Under the pieces are notes generated by a model that saw nothing but the letters and a program-made list of their open reading frames with translations, searched no databases and was not told the DNA's origin. The position numbers and the translations under genes are program-made. Below are positions 44,501-59,300 of a stretch of DNA of 64,000 nucleotides, one piece after another. The DNA comes from Geosiphon pyriformis uo1 (Eukaryota > Fungi > Glomeromycota). Location: NCBI GenBank assembly GCA_016748015.1, contig JAAOMT010000479.1, forward strand, positions 461,824-525,823, in the 5' to 3' direction. Numbering within the stretch: the stretch's first letter is position 1; each line of letters begins with the position of its first letter.

Positions 44501-46366
44501 CTAATGCACCATCCAAAACTATATTTACATCCAAATTGGAAACCAAAAACACAGAAATAATTAGAGAAAAAGCTTGAGAAAGAGGTGTTAATAATACCAA
44601 TTTGACAAGTTCAATTTTTTTATAATAACAGAAATCTGGTCTGCCAAAAGCTCCAAGAAGTGTTTCAAAAAAGCCAAATGATCAATCAAATAAGAATTAC
44701 TAAGAGTATTGGAAGCCAACAAAATGGAATCTGCACTTGAAAATAAACTAGCACCAAAAGAAACTGATAAGACCTTATAAGAAAAAAAACTACCAGCAAC
44801 TTGGACCCAAATTCTATCACCAAAAAAAACTGGACAAGCAATGAATGCTCATTTCTTTTTATAAATATTGGCTAAGCACACCTAATTCTGAGAAGTTACC
44901 ACCCACTTATTACAGCCACCAAGCTTTCTATTTACTAAATAATTATCAGAAATATGACCAAACTGTTTGCACTAAGCACAACAGACCAAAGAAAAACCAA
45001 TGCAAATTCACACTCTTAAATACTGGAGTAGAACCAATTGCAGTCAACTTAGATGTCTTGTTAATAAAACACACTATTGCACATCTATTACACACATATA
45101 AATTGGGATTACAGCCAATAAAACAAATCTTCTCACCATATAATTTCAATAAATTAGACAAATTATGAGTTGTGATCCCAATTGAGAGAGTATACAACAA
45201 AGCCCAATAACAATCTCTTGTTATCCATGATTTTTTATTATTAACCATCAAAACCACATGCACCAAATCTTTATCCATGAAAACCAATCATTTGAAAGCA
45301 ATTGAGTTAGCCACATCTAATAACTTAAACTTCACCAAGGCCTTTTTCCAAAGACCAATCAATTGTAATTTGATTGAAACTATCTTGCCAAATTTGAAAA
45401 AAACTGATTCCACAGCTGACTTTAGAAGATTAACTGGAATTTCTTTGACAATTATTTCCTAATTCAAATGGTTGTTTATCTTTTTTATATTATTGTTAAC
45501 CAAAATTTTCTCACAGATCACCAAATTCTTGGTCTTATTCAAGTTAGATTCTGATGTAAAAGATGATTTAATGATTCTTAGAAATTTTGAAGAAGTGAAA
45601 GCCTCTCCAAAACCATCAATTCAATAGAAAATTTTTTTGATTGCAATTAATTTATTACTATTAGTTTTCCCAGGTATCACCAACAGCTCTATATTCAGTG
45701 CAAATAATTTGGCAGAATTAAAATTCTTAACTTTCTTATTCCGCAATTCAGCCAATGATAGTGATTAAAACCCAAAAAACTTAGATACAGGCAGCATCAT
45801 TTTGGCATTATTATCACTTAAATTCTTAAAGAAGAGCACTTTTGACAACTTACCCAAGACAAATGTTTTTGTACATGTCTTTTTTGAAGTTGTATTGTCC
45901 ACTATATTATCAGTTTTAGAAGTGTTTAAATCTATGTAATTTGTTTCCTTGGCTATTATGTTGTTTATGTTTTTAACATTAGATAATTCACTAATACTAG
46001 CTTCTTTGCTTTCCACTTCACTACTCCAAGACACTTTGTATTTACCACAAACAGCTTGTAAAATGTTGATAGGTATAAGTCCAGCTGATAAGTTCATTAC
46101 ACTACTAACAATATTGGATTTCTTTGATTTTTTGTACAAAAAACTGCAAAAGTAAATATTTTCTATGTATGCTTTCTTTTTAGTGTTAGACTGGGTCCCC
46201 AATTTAGCTAAAATAGAACCAAAACTACCAGTGGAAGAGCCTACTGGATTCATAGCAACAAAAGAGGTTATATTAAAAAAAATAACTACAAAAATTAGAA
46301 GAAAAGTGTATTTCTTTTAACAACTTTTAGCTCTCATTATGTTCAAGGAATCAATGAAAAAAAAAG
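38506..46366 (-). mobile_element. LINE-4: full-length, more decayed LINE interrupted by a solo LTR
   Basis: Poly(A) ~38506-38514, 3' UTR, ORF2 44304-38637 (GAFVNDTI), ORF1 46253-44301. Probable TSD TAAATAATTAAATTT at 38494-38508 and 46386-46400. Confidence 0.92.
40306..41286 (-). mobile_element. Solo LTR of the Gypsy-1 family
   Basis: Reverse complement of the Gypsy-1 LTR over ~980 bp, with a perfect 4-bp TSD CCAA at 40302-40305 and 41287-41290 and no internal region. Confidence 0.96.
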
Positions 46367-47726
46367 TTTTTTTTTTTAATTGAATTAAATAATTAAATTT
46401 AAGAATTTCAATAAATTTAAAAGTTTTAAAAGTTGAATTTTTTATATAATAAACAAAAATTTAAGTTATAATAGTTAACAATATCTAATATTTTATTTTT
46501 TTAGTGTAATAATTGGTTTATTCTGGTGTTTTTTATATTTTTTACCAAACAATTTTTAATATTATAATTTTAGTGTTTTTTAATTAATTAGTATAAACAA
46601 CAAACAATTAAAAATAAAAAATAAAAAATTAATATTTTTTTAATAGTTATAATTATAAGTTATTGTTTTTATATTGTTAGTTTTTTTAAATAAATATTAT
46701 TAAAATCTGTTATTTATAATAAATCAAATATTAAAAATAAGTATTTTTAATAAGATAAATAATAATTTATATGAATTTAATAATTAAGTTAATTATAAAT
46801 AATTATTGTAATTTTTTTTAAATAATAATTTAATTTAAATAATAAATTACTAATTACTAAAGTAAAAAAATAAAAAAATTATTAAAAAAAGATTTTTTTT
46901 TTATTTTTAATAATATTAATATATGTATAAGTTTTTATAATATGAAAATTTTGGAATTTTTAATAATTTTTATACTTTTTTAAATTTTTGCAGAAATTTT
47001 CAGCATTTTTGCTAGTATTTTTAAAATTTTTAATAATATTATTAATATTATATTATTTACTAATTTTTAATATATAATTAATTATTTATATTATATTTAA
47101 TTATTAATTATTATTATTTATTATTTTATAAATAATAACAATTAATTTTACAACCAAAAAATCAGAATATTAATAAGTTTAACAATAAATTAATTTTATT
47201 AATTAATTTAAACAGCTTAAATTTCAAAAAACCAACTTAGAATTAATTGCAAAATTAATAATATTAGCAAAAAAACAAAAAATTAACAGTTTTAAAAACC
47301 TTAAAATTCTTAAAATATACAATAATTAACTAGTAAATTTTAAATTAATTTTAAAAATTTTATCAAAATTACTTAAAACATTTTAATATTATTATAATAA
47401 TTTTAAAAAAATATATTATGTAAATTAATAAAAATAAAAACAAAAATAACAATAAATATTACAAAAAATTTAGCAATTTTTTAAATAAAAAAAATTAAAA
47501 AAAAAATTAAATTTTAATAATAGTATTTAAAAAAACTTGAAATACAAATTTTATAAAAATAAATAATAATATTATTTAATAAATTACAAATTTTAATACT
47601 TTTATTAAATATTAATAATTTATTTAATAATATATTTGTGTTATAGTATATAATTATTTTAATTATAATATATATAAATATATTAATTAATTTCTAATAA
47701 TTTAAAAATAAATAAATATTAAAAAA

Positions 47727-48103
47727 CTTTTTTTTTTTCATGTTTAAAATTCTCTAAAGAATTTACTTTTGAAAAAAAGTTTTTTTGTTATTATCTTATT
47801 ATTTTTTTTATCATTTTTCAACTTAATAATCCATTTTTTGTGAACTTGAAAGCTGTTTTCAGTAATAGTATGTTAAAAAAAAAGACACTTAAAGAGATTT
47901 TTTTTGGTTCTGTTAAAGAATCTTTTTCTCAAAAAAAGAAGATTGTTCTTAGTAATATTAAGTATTTTAGTGATGAAAAAATGTAGTTTTGATCAGATCT
48001 GGTTCTGATAGTTTATATTTAGATGCTAATAATAAATTTAGTAGTAATAGAAACAATAACATAATAAAAAATATTAGCAGTAGATTTATTTTGAGTTTGG
48101 TGG
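47727..48103 (+). mobile_element. LINE-5: 5' stub (5' UTR plus start of ORF1) of the LINE-2 subfamily, cut by Gypsy-2
   Basis: Aligns with 4464-4850 (AATAATCCATTTTT..AAAAAGAAGATTGTTCTT..TGATGAAAAA). Confidence 0.8.
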
Positions 48104-49058
48104 TATTATAAGTAATTATTTGGGGTATGAAAACAAATAACAAATCTGTAACTTGGTGCTCAATAGCTGGATAGTATTAGTAATATCTAAAAATTTTCAT
48201 ATTTAAAAGTTTTGATTGAGTCTTTTGTATAATAGACAGAGATTCAATAATAATATTCTTTGGTGATGTTTCAACTTTTCTTTTCCAACTTTCAAGTTGG
48301 TATGCTTTAATGTTTATTGCTTTCCAGAATATTTATATTCTGTTAATTTTTTTCTCAGCTTGGTGGCCAGTATTTTCTAATAAGTTATTCTCAATTTCAA
48401 GTGTTTATCCTTATTTCTGGGTCTTTTATTAGTGCTATTTCCTGATATTAGTACTTTGTGTATTAATCCTTTTAATCAGTTAGTAAATCAACAAACAAAA
48501 ATAAAAAAATAAAAAAAAATAAAAAAATAAAAAATTAGTATTTTGTTAATAGTCATAATCAAGAACTATTGTTTCAGTATAATTAAGTATTAGATGTTAT
48601 TAACATGAAGTGTTGATAAATAGAAGAGTAATTAAATTCTCAAACAAATAACAATAATATGAATTGGATAATAATAAATATGTTTTATTTGATATTTTTG
48701 TTAATAAATTTACTTTGATTGATATTATTATTTATAAAGTAAAGGTTAATCAATAATTAAGAAAAAAAATGCTAACTGAAAATAAACTGACTTTTGAATA
48801 TTTTTTTCATTTCTAATACTATTATTATATATACATAATTAGTGTTATATAAAATTTCTGGAATTCTACAATTTCTTTAAAAAAATCTTGGATTTCTGGA
48901 TTTCAAGAATTCTGTAATTTTTTATAAAGAATTCTGGAATTCTGAGATTCTGGAATCCTGTAATTTCTTTAGAAAAATTCTGAAATTTCTCTATTATTAT
49001 GTTTTTTTCTGATTAATTATTCCTTTAATTATGATATTTTTAATTTCTATAAGTAATA
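48104..49058 (-). repeat. Gypsy-2 3' LTR
   Basis: Decayed TGTTAC/GTAACA termini and an adjacent PPT. The U5/R half is homologous to 55506-56050. U3 has TTCTGGAATTC repeats at ~48855-48990. Confidence 0.8.
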
Positions 49059-52000
49059 TTATTCTCTCCTTTTTAATATTAAGCTTCATTAAAATTTTTT
49101 AAACTTTCTAGATTTTTTTCTTGGATTAATTTCATAACTTCTTTCTTCAGAATTGTTTTTGTAATTTTCATTTGCAATTCATTAAATTAAATATTAATTA
49201 ATTTTTTCAATTAATTAATAATTACAGTATCTATAGTTGAGTGTAATAATATTTTTGGTCTGTCTTAAAATTCTATTTGTAATTAGTAAATGGCTTTTGC
49301 ATATGTAAATAAATTGTTCTTTTTAATAAGTTGTTCAATTTATTGTAGTTGAATTGGATTAATTTTTTTTGTTTTATCAGTATATAAGTTTTTAATGCTT
49401 AATTATTGTCTTAACTAATAATAATAAAAGTTCTTTGAATTTTGTTGTATTTATTGGTTCTAATTTTTTAAGATCAATTTTTTTTTGATATTAATATTCT
49501 TGGATCTTTCAATGTCTTTTCTATCTTTCTTATTATTTTATTTACAGTATTTTCAGAAATGTGGTATCTGAAATATTGTTCTTTGGTTTGGTTTTTTCAT
49601 GATATCCTTTTGTTTTTGTACTGTATTATGTGTTTATTGATGATAATTTCTATTGTTGAATCAGTTGTAAAAGTTGTTGTGTAAGTAAGTAAATGTTGTT
49701 AGTAATTTATATTTTTTTTTGTTGGTTTTGTTATGTATGCTGGTTTCTTATATATGATTCTAGTAGATCAATTTGACATGTTTGCTTCAATAATAATAAT
49801 TGGTTCTAAATCTTGTAGAATCTTATCTGGTTCAAGTAGTATTCTTTGTACTTTCAGTTGTAAAATATTATTGATAAATAATAATATTATATTGTAGTAT
49901 AGTTTTAGTCAATCTCTATGTACTGCTTTAGCTAAAATTTTGTTGTTCTATCTTAGTTTATAAGTTTCATTTTCTAGAATTTCTTCAATGTGAAATAGTT
50001 TATCTCATTTGGTGTCAAATTTTTCACTCCATTGTTTTTCTACTTTGGTATAATATAAGAGTATTTTGTCTTCAATTTTGAATTCAATTGGTTTATCTAG
50101 TAATTGGTTATTATGTTATTTTTTTTGTTTTTTTTGTGATCTTTGAATGTTATTAGCTGCTCTTTGTCTTTTGTTTTCCAATGTTTTCATTAATTCATAT
50201 GTTCTTTGGAAGTTGGCTTCTGTTATTGGTTCTATTGGATATGTGTTGATGTTTATCTTAACTGGTAATGTTGCTGTTTTATTATAAACAAATTCAAATA
50301 GTGTTGCTTATATAATATCTTGTTTTATTGTTTAATAAGCAAATAATACTGATAATATAAACAAATTCCATTTGTTCTGGTTTTCTTGGCTGATTTTCAT
50401 TATCATTTTATACAATATTCTGTTAAATCTTTCAATTAAGACATTTGTTTGTAGATGATATAGTGATAATAATGGTCTTTTAATTCCAAATTTTTGACTT
50501 AATTTTGCTAATATTCTGTTTACAAAATAAGTTCCTTAATTTGATAGTAATTTTTTTAGACATTTGTATCTACAAATTAAATCTTTGTAAACAAATTTAG
50601 CTATAGATTTTGCATCTGCTCTTTGAATTGCTTTTGCTTTTGGCTATTTAGTAAGATAGTCCATAGCTATTATTATATAATAATTGCCTCTACTGGTTAT
50701 TTTTAATGATCTAACTAAGTCAATTCTAATTTGATTAAATAGTTGTCTCATTTTAATTGGTCTTAGTGGTTCACTTGGTCTTGTTTCTTTTTTTTTTTGA
50801 CAAACATTACAATTTTGAACATATTAAATGATATCTGAATACATAGATGGCCAATAGTATCTTTTTCTGGTTTTTTCTATAGTTGTTTCTTTATGAAAAT
50901 ATCCTGCTGTTGGATCTGAGTGTATGTTAAATAGTATTATTTTTTTCTCTGGTTCTGTGATAATTTTGAGTGATTGATCTGAATATTTTCTGTTTTTCTG
51001 GTATAATATATCTTGGTAAATAATAAAATATTTTGATTGTTGTTTTATGTTGTTTTGTTCCTTTTGAGATAATTTTTCCTTGAATTGTTGAGTATTAATA
51101 TAATATTGGAGTTGTTGATATTTTTGTGTGTTTATTTTTTGTTATATTTTTGGGTTGAAATATTCTTAGATTTGTTTCATTTATGACAAATCATTGACAA
51201 TTTTATTTTATTTTATTTTTTTATAATATACTGTATAATTGAATGATAATAGTTTTATTTTCTATCTTGCATAGTAATTATTTCCAAATTTCTGCTTTTA
51301 AATTAATGTCAATTCTTTGTAATCAGTGTATACATCAAACTTTTGACTTAAATATTCTTTTTATTTTATAACAGTCTAATAGATAGCCAAATATTCTAAT
51401 GCTGAAGTTCTATAGTTCTTTTCAGCTGAGCTTAAGCTTCTCCTAGTATATACTATTAAGTGTTTTCTTCTATTTGGTTTTTTTTGTAACAATACTGCTC
51501 TCAATACTTGATCTGATGCATTGGTAATGATAATGAATAATTTGCTGTAATCTAAATAAATTAGTACTGAGGCTTGAATAAGCTTTTTTCTCAAGATATC
51601 AAAAGCTTTTTGTTGACTTTCAGTCTATTTGTATTTTACATTTTTGGCTTGGAGCTGATAAAATGGTTGAGCCAATTTGAAAAAATTCTGAATAAAGCAG
51701 CAGTAGTATCTAGCAAATCCCAAAAATGCTCTTAATTCTGTGAGATTTGTTGATACTAGAAAGTTTTTGACAATCTCAATCGTATTTGAATCTGTTTTAA
51801 TACCATCTTTGTTTACAACATATTTCAAAAATTTCAGTTCTGTTTTGCCAAAGAAGTATTTAATTGTGTTTAATTTCAATCCAGCTCTTCTTAATCTCTC
51901 AAACACTTGCTGAAGATAGTGCAAATACTCATCAAATATTTTTGAACATATATTGGTGTCATCCAAATACATAACTACTGATTTCTATAGTAGTTTAGTA

Positions 52001-54050
52001 TAGATGATTTCTATTAGCAATTGAAAGATAACTGGAGTATTTATTAAGCCAAATAACATAACATTGAATTTAAAGTTTTCTTCTCTGGTTGTAAATACTG
52101 TTTTTTCTTTATCAGTTAGATTCATAACTACTTACCAGTAATCACTGTTTAGATCCAATATTAAAAACTATTTCTTTCCTCTAAATGCATTAAATAGTTC
52201 TTGAATCTGTGGAGTTGAATAACTGTTTTCACAAGTAATACTGTTAAGTTTTCTGTAATCTACACAAAAACAGATTTTTCCATTTTTCTTCTAAACTAGT
52301 ACTACTGGTAATAACTATGAACTTATTGATAATTAAATTAACTCATTGTTTAACATCCAGTTGATTTCTTGTTGGATGATTTTATGGCTTGCTAATAGTA
52401 CTTTATATGTTTTTTGTTTAATTAATATTGTATCTCTTGTCTTGATTTAGTATTAGATGATATTTATTCTGCCAAATTCATTTTTACTGGCAAAAATGTT
52501 AGTGAAATTGTTGAGTAGTATTTTAAGTTGTATATGTTGAAGTGGATCTAAATTTCCCAAATTTATTTGGTCTAATTGTTTTGGTTAGAGCAAATAATAT
52601 TCTTCTCATCTGTATATTGTTTGTAATATGATATCTACATATTTACAAAGCTGTAGAAAATTTGAAATAAGGTTTGGTAGTTGGTCCTCAATTTTAGTGC
52701 TTAAGTATCTAATGGTGGTTTTACTTAGTATTTTAATGGTGTCTTTAGTTGTATAAGAATTTTAATGTGTTTATTGTTCTTGGCTAATATGTAAAGATTG
52801 GTAATTCTAATCTTTCCTGATTTATAAATAATTGGTTTTGCTTCAAAAATCTGGGGCTGGTTCCTTATTTTTCTTTCTATCACTAATATGTACTGGTCAT
52901 ATAATAGAATAAAAACTAATTAATAAGTGGAGATAATTTTTTCCTTATTAATTGTTTCTTTTTTTGCCATATTAATTAGTATATTTAATTTATTTGTGGA
53001 TTTAAATCCATTTTTTCTTCTTGTTGTAATTCCTAACTCTTTTTTTTTTCTTATTAAAATTAATTAGGCTATTTTCATCAAAGATAGAAATATTGTCTGT
53101 GTTATCTTTTTATTTAATTCAATTATATATGGTTTTTCTGATTCATTTTATAGTATTGTGATAATATTTTCTATATATCTCACATTAATTATTTCTTCTT
53201 TAATGCTGATTTTTTTTTTGTTAAACTAGATCTGGATGCTAATTGAATTATTGTTGTTGCTAGAATTTCCAATGCTATCTTTAAATTAACACAAGTACAT
53301 ATATTAGATTTCAATATTATAGCATATTTTCTTGGATATCTTAGATCAAATCCTAAATTAGTATTATGCATGCATTCTGGCATAATATCTTTATTATTAT
53401 CACTGAACCATCTTAGTTTCTGTTCTATAGATAGATCTGAAAGTGCAATATATTGTTTAAATTTTAAATCAAAGTTTGAATTGTTATTGCCATAGTGAAT
53501 AAAGTTGAAACTATTGTTGTTATTATTGTTAAAATCTGAATTAAGATTAAATTTTGATTTCAATTTCACTATATATTCACTAATTAGTTTTTTTTCTTCT
53601 GGGATCAAATAGATCATGCATGGTAGTAGATTGTGAATAAATTACAATCATTACAATAATCAAAGTCACTGAGAATTAGGCAATGTTTATACAATCTTGT
53701 ATTTAACTGTTTTAAATACTGTTTTTGCTCTTTTTTAGTGAGTGCTAGGTTCTGGTAGTGTTTATAGAAGTATTCTGAATTATTTAAAATATCAATAAAA
53801 ACATCTAAATTAAAGATAAGAATGGTTTCAACTGGTTTTGATGGGTTATTTTTGATTGCTAATATTTTGTTGAACAAAGTGCCTTCAATTTTAGTACTTA
53901 CTATTCACCAAATTTTGTTTTTATTGTGAGAATAGTGCTCAATTTTACACAGTGTTAAAGAGTGTTTTTTAGTTTACCCAATCACTTATTAGAATTGTGT
54001 ATTAATATAATACATTATATATTCCTTTTTAACCAGAAATCTTCTTCCAT
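48104..54050 (-). mobile_element. Gypsy-2: decayed, 5'-truncated Ty3/Gypsy element related to Gypsy-1
   Basis: 3' LTR 48104-49058; PPT 49062-49074; ORF3 remnant ~49080-49720; IN ~49770-51135; RH 51376..51594; RT YLDDT ~51960; dUTPase GFDLRYP..LASRSSL (53189..53617); Cys-rich domain 53620-54050. Confidence 0.9.
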
Positions 54051-55059
54051 ATTCTTTTATTAAGTAGTGTTTTTCCAATTAAAATTTGTGAATTTTAAAA
54101 CAGTATTAATTATAAAAAAATTTGATTTAATGTAAAATTTATTTATTAATTTGTAATAGTTAAATAATTATCAAAAAAGATAATTCTAAGCTAAATATAT
54201 TTTTTTTAAAAAAGTTTTTTTATAAATTTATTATAATATTATTCTATAATTTAGTATTTTTATTATTATTATTATTATTATTTAATAAATACAATCCAAC
54301 TACTATCTAGTACAAAAAAACAAACTAAGTAATTTTAACTAAATATAATTTATGTATTTACTACATATAACTAGTACTATAAGTAAACTTAGTGAAGTAT
54401 TATAATAATATTTAATATTCTAAATTTGAATATATAAACTATAAGGTTTTTTTTGATTACATAGAAAATGTTAAAGTTTATTAGTCTTTAAAGATTTCAC
54501 TATATGTAAATTTATTTGTGAAGTTTTTTGGTTATAAGACATAAAGATATGTTTTTGGCAATTTGTAGTTGTAAATATAAGTTATTTTTTCTAAGTTAAT
54601 TAAGTACAGTTACAAAAATTTAATATTGTTTTTTTGCTTTTTTAGTAAGCTAAAAAAATAAAATTAATATTCAAACTTAAAAAAAGTTTCTTTTTTTTAT
54701 CAAACTATCATGAAATTTATTTTCAAATAATTAATTTTTTTTATTACTATTTTACAAAAATAAATAAAATAAAAAATAAAAAAATAAAAAAAAATAAAAA
54801 AAAAAATTTAGTATTATTAATTACCATAATTAAAAATAATTAATCCAAGTTGTTAAGATTTTAAAACTATTTATATTAATAGTATCTGACTTAAAATAAG
54901 AAAAACAATTAATTTAATTTTAATAACATGAATTTTGTGATCATATATAAGAGGATTGAATAATATTTTTATTTAATAATAAATAGAAAAATATAAAAAA
55001 AATAAGATAAAAAAATTTTTATCAAGTTTAAAGCTAAGATATGTTTTAAAAGAATAGGT

Positions 55060-55370
55060 TTTTGTTTTTTGTCTTTTTTTCTATTTGCTAAAACTACTTG
55101 TTTTTATATATATTTTTTAGTTTTACAAGATTGTTTTAATTATTTATTATTATTAATTATTGCTTACTATTTCTATTATTGTTTTGTTTTTTTATGCTAT
55201 AACTAGCTATTTTGTGCTATTTTATGTTATTGTGTATTATTTTGTGTTGTCTTAAATTATTATACATTATTCTGTATTATTTTGTATTATTATGTTTTTT
55301 ATATTATTATGTATTAATTATGTTTTTTCAATAGATTTAAATTGGTTTTTCTACTTGGGTAATATTATTT
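55060..55370 (-). repeat. Unsplit copy of the dispersed decamer-containing repeat that flanks LINE-2
   Basis: The reverse complement matches 4290-4460 joined to 21161-21370. Confidence 0.7.
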
Positions 55371-55505
55371 CTTCTTTTTAAAATTGAGTTTTTACAAAAT
55401 TATATGTATTTGTAAAAATTGTTCTTTTGATATAATATTTAATTGTTGTGTTAAGTATTGTTTTTTGTAGATTTTTAAACTATGAATTTGTTATTTATTT
55501 TATGT

Positions 55506-56395
55506 TGTTACAAGTGATTATTTGGGGTGTTAATACAAATAACAAATCTATAACTTGGTGCTCAATAGCTGAATTATGTTAGTAATATTAAAAGATTTTG
55601 GTAATCTGAAGGTTTTAGGTTGGAGTTTTTTGTATAATAAACAGAAATTTAATAGTTGTTTTTAATAACCTCCTAGAATAATTATTCTGTCAAATTTTTT
55701 TCTTCAACATGATAGCTGGTTTATTCTGGTAATTATGCTTTTTTGGTAAACTATCTATTAAGTTCTAAATTCTATACTCTTATTTTTGGATCTTTTATCA
55801 GACTATCCTTAATGTCAATTACTTAGTATTTAATCTCTTTAATCAATTAGTAATCAACAAACAACAAAGAAAATAAAAAAAATAAAAAAAGGAAATAAGA
55901 ATTAGTATTCTATCAATAGTTATAATTAAGAGTTATTGTTCTAATGTAATTAAGTATTAGATTCTATTAATATGGAGTGTTGATAAAGTGAAGATAATTA
56001 ATATTCTTTAATCAAGTGATAATAATATGGATTTAAGTAGTAATTAATAATTTATTGATATGTGATATGGATTTTGAACTGCTTTTAACTGTGTTTCTTA
56101 ATTGAGAATTTTAGTTATATGTTTTGTCTTTTCTGTTTTTAACACTTTCACTATATATATATAATTGATGTTCTACAAGATCTCACATATTTATAAACAA
56201 TGTATTATAATTTTTTAAACAATATTCATATTGCTAAGCAATATGCTTTAATCTATTAATATTGCTCATATTGCTAAGCAATGTGCCATAATTTACTAGT
56301 AATATGCTTACATGTTTAATACTACTTTCTTATTGGTCTATTTTTCTTATCTGTTTTTCTTATTATTTCTTTTGTACTCTTTTCTATGAGTAATA
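55506..56395 (-). repeat. Gypsy-3 3' LTR
   Basis: Starts TGTTACAAGTGATTATTTGGGG like 48104. U3 carries ATTGCTAAGCAAT palindromes at ~56230 and ~56270. Confidence 0.75.
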
Positions 56396-59300
56396 ATATT
56401 GTTAATTGTAATAGTTTTTAGTAAATTGTCTAATAATATGACTAAACAACATTTAAATATTAAATACAATTAGTATATTGCTTTGTAATATAATATTAAG
56501 TTGTTTCTTCTAACAAATTTTTTTACTTGTTTCAGAGCTTTTTTATTAAATATTTGTTTGTTGATATTTAAGTATAATGTTTATAAGTTTAATTTTTAAA
56601 AAACCAGTAAATTAATAAAAAGTTTTTTTTCCAAGTTTTAAAAGTTTTTAGTATTTAATCTCTTATGTCTAATTCTATAACTAATTTATTTAAAGCTTTT
56701 TTAATTTTTTCAAACATATAAAACCATGTATTTTTTTTTTTCTCTTTTGATTGTTTATAAAAATAAAAATACTTACTTTTAGTTAAATTCTTATTCAATT
56801 TTTTCTTACTCATATTTTTATATTGTATTTTTTTTCTATCAATTGTAATTTTTATTAGTATTATAGATTGTTAAATTGTTTTAAATAGTTGTTGTAAAAG
56901 TTTCAAGATTTTGTTTAAAAGATTTATATTACAAGTATTATTAATTTTTTTCATATTTTTGGTATTTATATATTTATTTTATGTAATTCAAATTATCATA
57001 CATAGATTGTGTTCAATAATAATAATTGGTTTTAGATTTTATAGTATATTTTCTAATCTAATTAATAGAATTTATGTTTTTAGTTAAAATACAAATAATG
57101 ATAATTTTTGTGTTATATGATAAATTCTTAAACAATTTTTATATGTAGTTTTTTTTAAAATCCTGTCTTTTAATAATAATTTGTAAACTTTATTGTCTAA
57201 AACTTTATATATTTAAAATAATTTGTCTTATTTTAAGTCAAACTTTTCACTTTACTGTTTTTTAGCTTTAATATAATATAATAATACTTGATTTTCAATC
57301 TTAAATTCAATTAATTAATTTAGTAAATAATTATTATGTCTTTTTTTTTGTTGTTTTTAAGTATTATTAATATTGTTAACTGTTATTTTATGATTGTTTT
57401 TTAATGTTTCTATAAAATGATATGTTTTTTGATACAAAGTAACTTTAAAATTTTTTTTGGTAATTGTTTTTGTTAAAAAAAATATATTTTTTATTTAATA
57501 AATAATGTGGTTTTTCTTCTATAAACTAATTTAAACAATATAAACTGAATAGTATTTTGCTTTAATGTTTAATATACAAATAATACTAAAGATATAAATA
57601 AGTCTTATTTTTACATATTTTTGTAACTTATTTTTGCTAATATTTTATATAATATTTGGTTAAATTATTCAAATAATTTATTTATTTAAAAATAATATAG
57701 TAATAATAATAATTATTTTATTATAAATTATTAGTTTAATTTAGTAAATATGCTATTAATAAAATAAGTTTTTTGGTCAAACAATAATTTTTTTGGGTAT
57801 TCATATTAGTAGATTAGATTTTAATATATAAATTTAGCTATTGTTTTGGTATTTGCCACTTGAATAGTTTTAGTTTTAAACTATTTAATAAGATAGTTTA
57901 TAGCTACAGTAATATAGCAATTTTTTTTAGAGATAATTGAGAAAAATTTAACTAAATTAATTTTAATTCTATTAAATAAATTTCTAACTAAAATAGATTA
58001 AAATAGTTTTATTATTTTGGCTTTATCTTTTTTTTGATAGAAGTTACAATTAAAAATATATTCGAAAATATTCTTATATATTGTTGGCCAATAATATAAA
58101 TTAATTATTTTCTCTAAAGTAATATTTTTATTAAAGTATTCTGTTATTAGATTAGAGTATATGCTAAATAAAACAATTTTTTTTATTATCTTTTATAACT
58201 TATTATAATGTAGTGTAATTTTGGCATTTTTAATAATATAATTAGTTATTTTACAAAAAATAGTTTAAGCTTGTTTTTATATAACACTTTGTTTTTATTA
58301 AAACAGTTTCTCTTTAAATTAAAGTGTTAATAGATATTTGTATAATTATTAATAAATGGCTATAACTATTAGTCAAAATTAGATTTGAGTTATTTTTAAT
58401 AACTTATTAGTATTGGTGTTTTTAGCTCTTTTTTATAATGTATTTTGTATGAAAATTGTTACAGATAAGTATTTTATCTTGTATATTTTTTTTTAAGTTG
58501 TGATTTGTTAAATAATCAAATAAGTTTTTTATAATTAATATATAAATTAAATAATTAACAAAAATAATATTTTTAGTTTTATATAGCCTAATAAATAATA
58601 AAAGATTTTAAATCAATAGTATTATATATTTTTTTAACAGTACTAATATTGCAGTTAACATAAATAATTTTATATTTTTAACTATTGAATTTGATTGTAA
58701 TAAAATGGCTTTTAGTGTATTTTTTGATATATCTATAATAATAATAAAATGTTTATTAAAGTTTAAGTAACTTAGAATTGATGTTTTTATAAGTTGTTAT
58801 TTAAAATAATTTAAAGTTTTTTGCTAATTAGCCTTTTATAAATATAGAATATGTTTTAATAATAGATAATAAAAAGATTTGGTAATATTAAAAAAGTTTT
58901 TGACAAATTATTAATAGTATTTAGCCAGTTTTAAAAAAAATTTTAGTTTTTTAGGTTGGTTAAAACAAAAAAATTTTAATTTTTGAATTTTGTTAAGATT
59001 TAATTTTATTTTATTTTTATTAATAATGTGTTTCAGAAATTTTAGCTTGGTTTTTTTAAAAAAACATTTATTAAGATTAGGTTTTAGTTTTAAATTCTTA
59101 AGACAATTAAAAATTTGTTAAAAATAGCACAAATAGATATCAAAAATTTCAGAAAATACATTTATATTATTTAAATATACTACAACTAATTTCCAAAAAA
59201 TTTTCTTGTATATGATATTTATAAGATATTAAAAAGTAGCAGAAATATTACAAAATTCAAAAAACATTATATTAAATTTAAAATTTATATTTTAAGTGGT